Assembly: GCA_005799205.1 (NCBI GenBank)
Contig: SYHM01000181.1
Coordinates: 1 to 58,654 of the forward strand
DNA from: Planctomycetia bacterium
Lineage (GTDB): Bacteria; Planctomycetota; Phycisphaerae; Phycisphaerales; SM1A02
Direction: 5' to 3'
DNA: 58,654 nt
This document shows positions 57,730 through 58,654 of the stretch, in pieces. The notes beneath the pieces were generated by a model, which had not been told where the DNA came from, ran no database searches, and was given only the letters and a program-made list of their open reading frames with translations. Each line of letters starts with the position of its first letter. The stretch's first letter is position 1. Both the position numbers and the translations under genes were made by a program.

Positions 57730-58265
57730 TGCCTCGCTCCTACGCAGCAAGATCGTGAGCTCGATGCACCGGCACGAATCGCCTGAATCGTGCGAGCTGC
57801 TGCGATCGCTGCCCGCATCGCCTCTGACCCCTTATTGCCCTTGTTACCCCCAGCACGTGCGCGCGCCTGCTCCATCGTGAGGCAGGTCAGAAGCCCAAAT
57901 GCGACGGGCTTGACTGCGCGGAGCGAAAGGTCTGTGAGCCCCTGCGCGACTGCATCGCAGATGAACCGATCATGACTCGTCTCGCCAGTGAGCACACAGC
58001 CAAGGGCGACCACCGCGTCGATGTCCGCTCGTGCGACGAGCGCCGCACTGACAACGACCAGTTCGAACGCGCCAGGCGAACTGACGTGCATCAGCGAATC
58101 GCTCTGTCCACCGGCGTCAACGAACGAATCACGCGCCCCCTGCTGAAGTGCGGCGCAAATCTCTGAGTGATAGCAACTCGTGACGACCGCGATGCGGAGT
58201 CCACGCGCATCACCGATCGACAATCCTGCGCACGAGTGAGAGTTCGCTGGCTCCTGTGGGGTCAT
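57726..58265 (-). CDS. ribH: 6,7-dimethyl-8-ribityllumazine synthase
   Basis: LRIAVVTSCYHSEI, PGAFELVV, ALGCVLTGETSHD, KGNKGSEAMRAAI. Confidence 0.88.
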   Translation of the reverse strand: MTPQEPANSHSCAGLSIGDARGLRIAVVTSCYHSEICAALQQGARDSFVDAGGQSDSLMHVSSPGAFELVVVSAALVARADIDAVVALGCVLTGETSHDRFICDAVAQGLTDLSLRAVKPVAFGLLTCLTMEQARARAGGNKGNKGSEAMRAAIAAARTIQAIRAGASSSRSCCVGARQ

Positions 58266-58292
58266 GGGGGTTGAGAATGGTAGCCTGCGAGT

Positions 58293-58654
58293 GTGCTGAG
58301 TGTGTCACGGAGATTTGTTTCTGCCGTCGAATTGACCAGGCTTTCGATGGCATTTGGAGCGATCACCGACCTGTGGCTCATCGTCATTCTCTCGCGGAGC
58401 CACAGCGAGTACCACTACATGCCGGTCGCGTCGATGCCTTTGTGGCAGGCCCTTCTCTGCTCGGCCGTGACGGCTGTGGGGCTCTTTTCATTCGCGGCAG
58501 CGCTGAACGACATCCTTGATGCAAAACACGATCGAATCTTCAGCCCATTGCGGCCTGTCGCCGCGGGGACGATCGGTTCGGCGCAGGCGTTCCTCGTTGC
58601 TCTCGCATCGCTGTTGCTCGCGCTCGCTGGCGTGGTTGCGTTTGGTCCAGACGC
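58293..58654 (+). CDS. UbiA-family prenyltransferase, 3'-truncated by window edge
   Basis: Frame (codon starts divisible by 3) is open from 58284 to the window end. Reads ...LTRLSMAFGAITDLW...AALNDILDAKHDRIFSPLRPVAAG (NDxxDxxxD motif). Not in the ORF track because no stop lies in the window. Start uncertain (GTG 58293/58302 or ATG 58347). Confidence 0.7.
   Translation, partial: MLSVSRRFVSAVELTRLSMAFGAITDLWLIVILSRSHSEYHYMPVASMPLWQALLCSAVTAVGLFSFAAALNDILDAKHDRIFSPLRPVAAGTIGSAQAFLVALASLLLALAGVVAFGPD

Overview
GC-rich (about 60% by eye, not computed), very gene-dense bacterial chromosomal segment. About 55 protein genes, 2 tRNAs; no rRNA, CRISPR array, transposase, reverse transcriptase or phage structural genes seen. 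Two prepilin-type/DUF1559 'H-X9-DG' pseudopilin-like genes, a DUF1080 protein and a TAT-signal Gfo/Idh/MocA oxidoreductase suggest Planctomycetota (PVC group); this is inference only. Content, left to right: (1) the 3' end of a Wsp-like chemosensory cluster (CheA-receiver hybrid, CheB, receiver-PP2C output); (2) a tightly overlapping menaquinone operon menF-menD-menH/menB-menA-menC, with MenH and MenB in one reading frame, plus a convergent hotdog thioesterase; (3) housekeeping genes rnd, coaBC, purEK, cysE, leuS, folC, hrpB, ftsY, nusB, ribH; (4) a recombinase-orphan DNA methyltransferase bicistron, then tRNA-Lys, then a translationally coupled SNF2 helicase + SWIM zinc-finger pair; (5) c-di-GMP parts (FHA-GAF-HD-GYP, PilZ); (6) several uncharacterised secreted or small proteins. 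The best candidates for uncharacterised biology are the SNF2/SWIM pair and its MTase/recombinase neighbours, and a compact three-gene cluster at 42063-43632 (unknown protein, DUF4145-like coiled-coil protein, small acidic protein). No candidate can be assigned a function from sequence alone. Many long ORFs in the six-frame track are antisense or alternate-frame artefacts of high GC and were not called.
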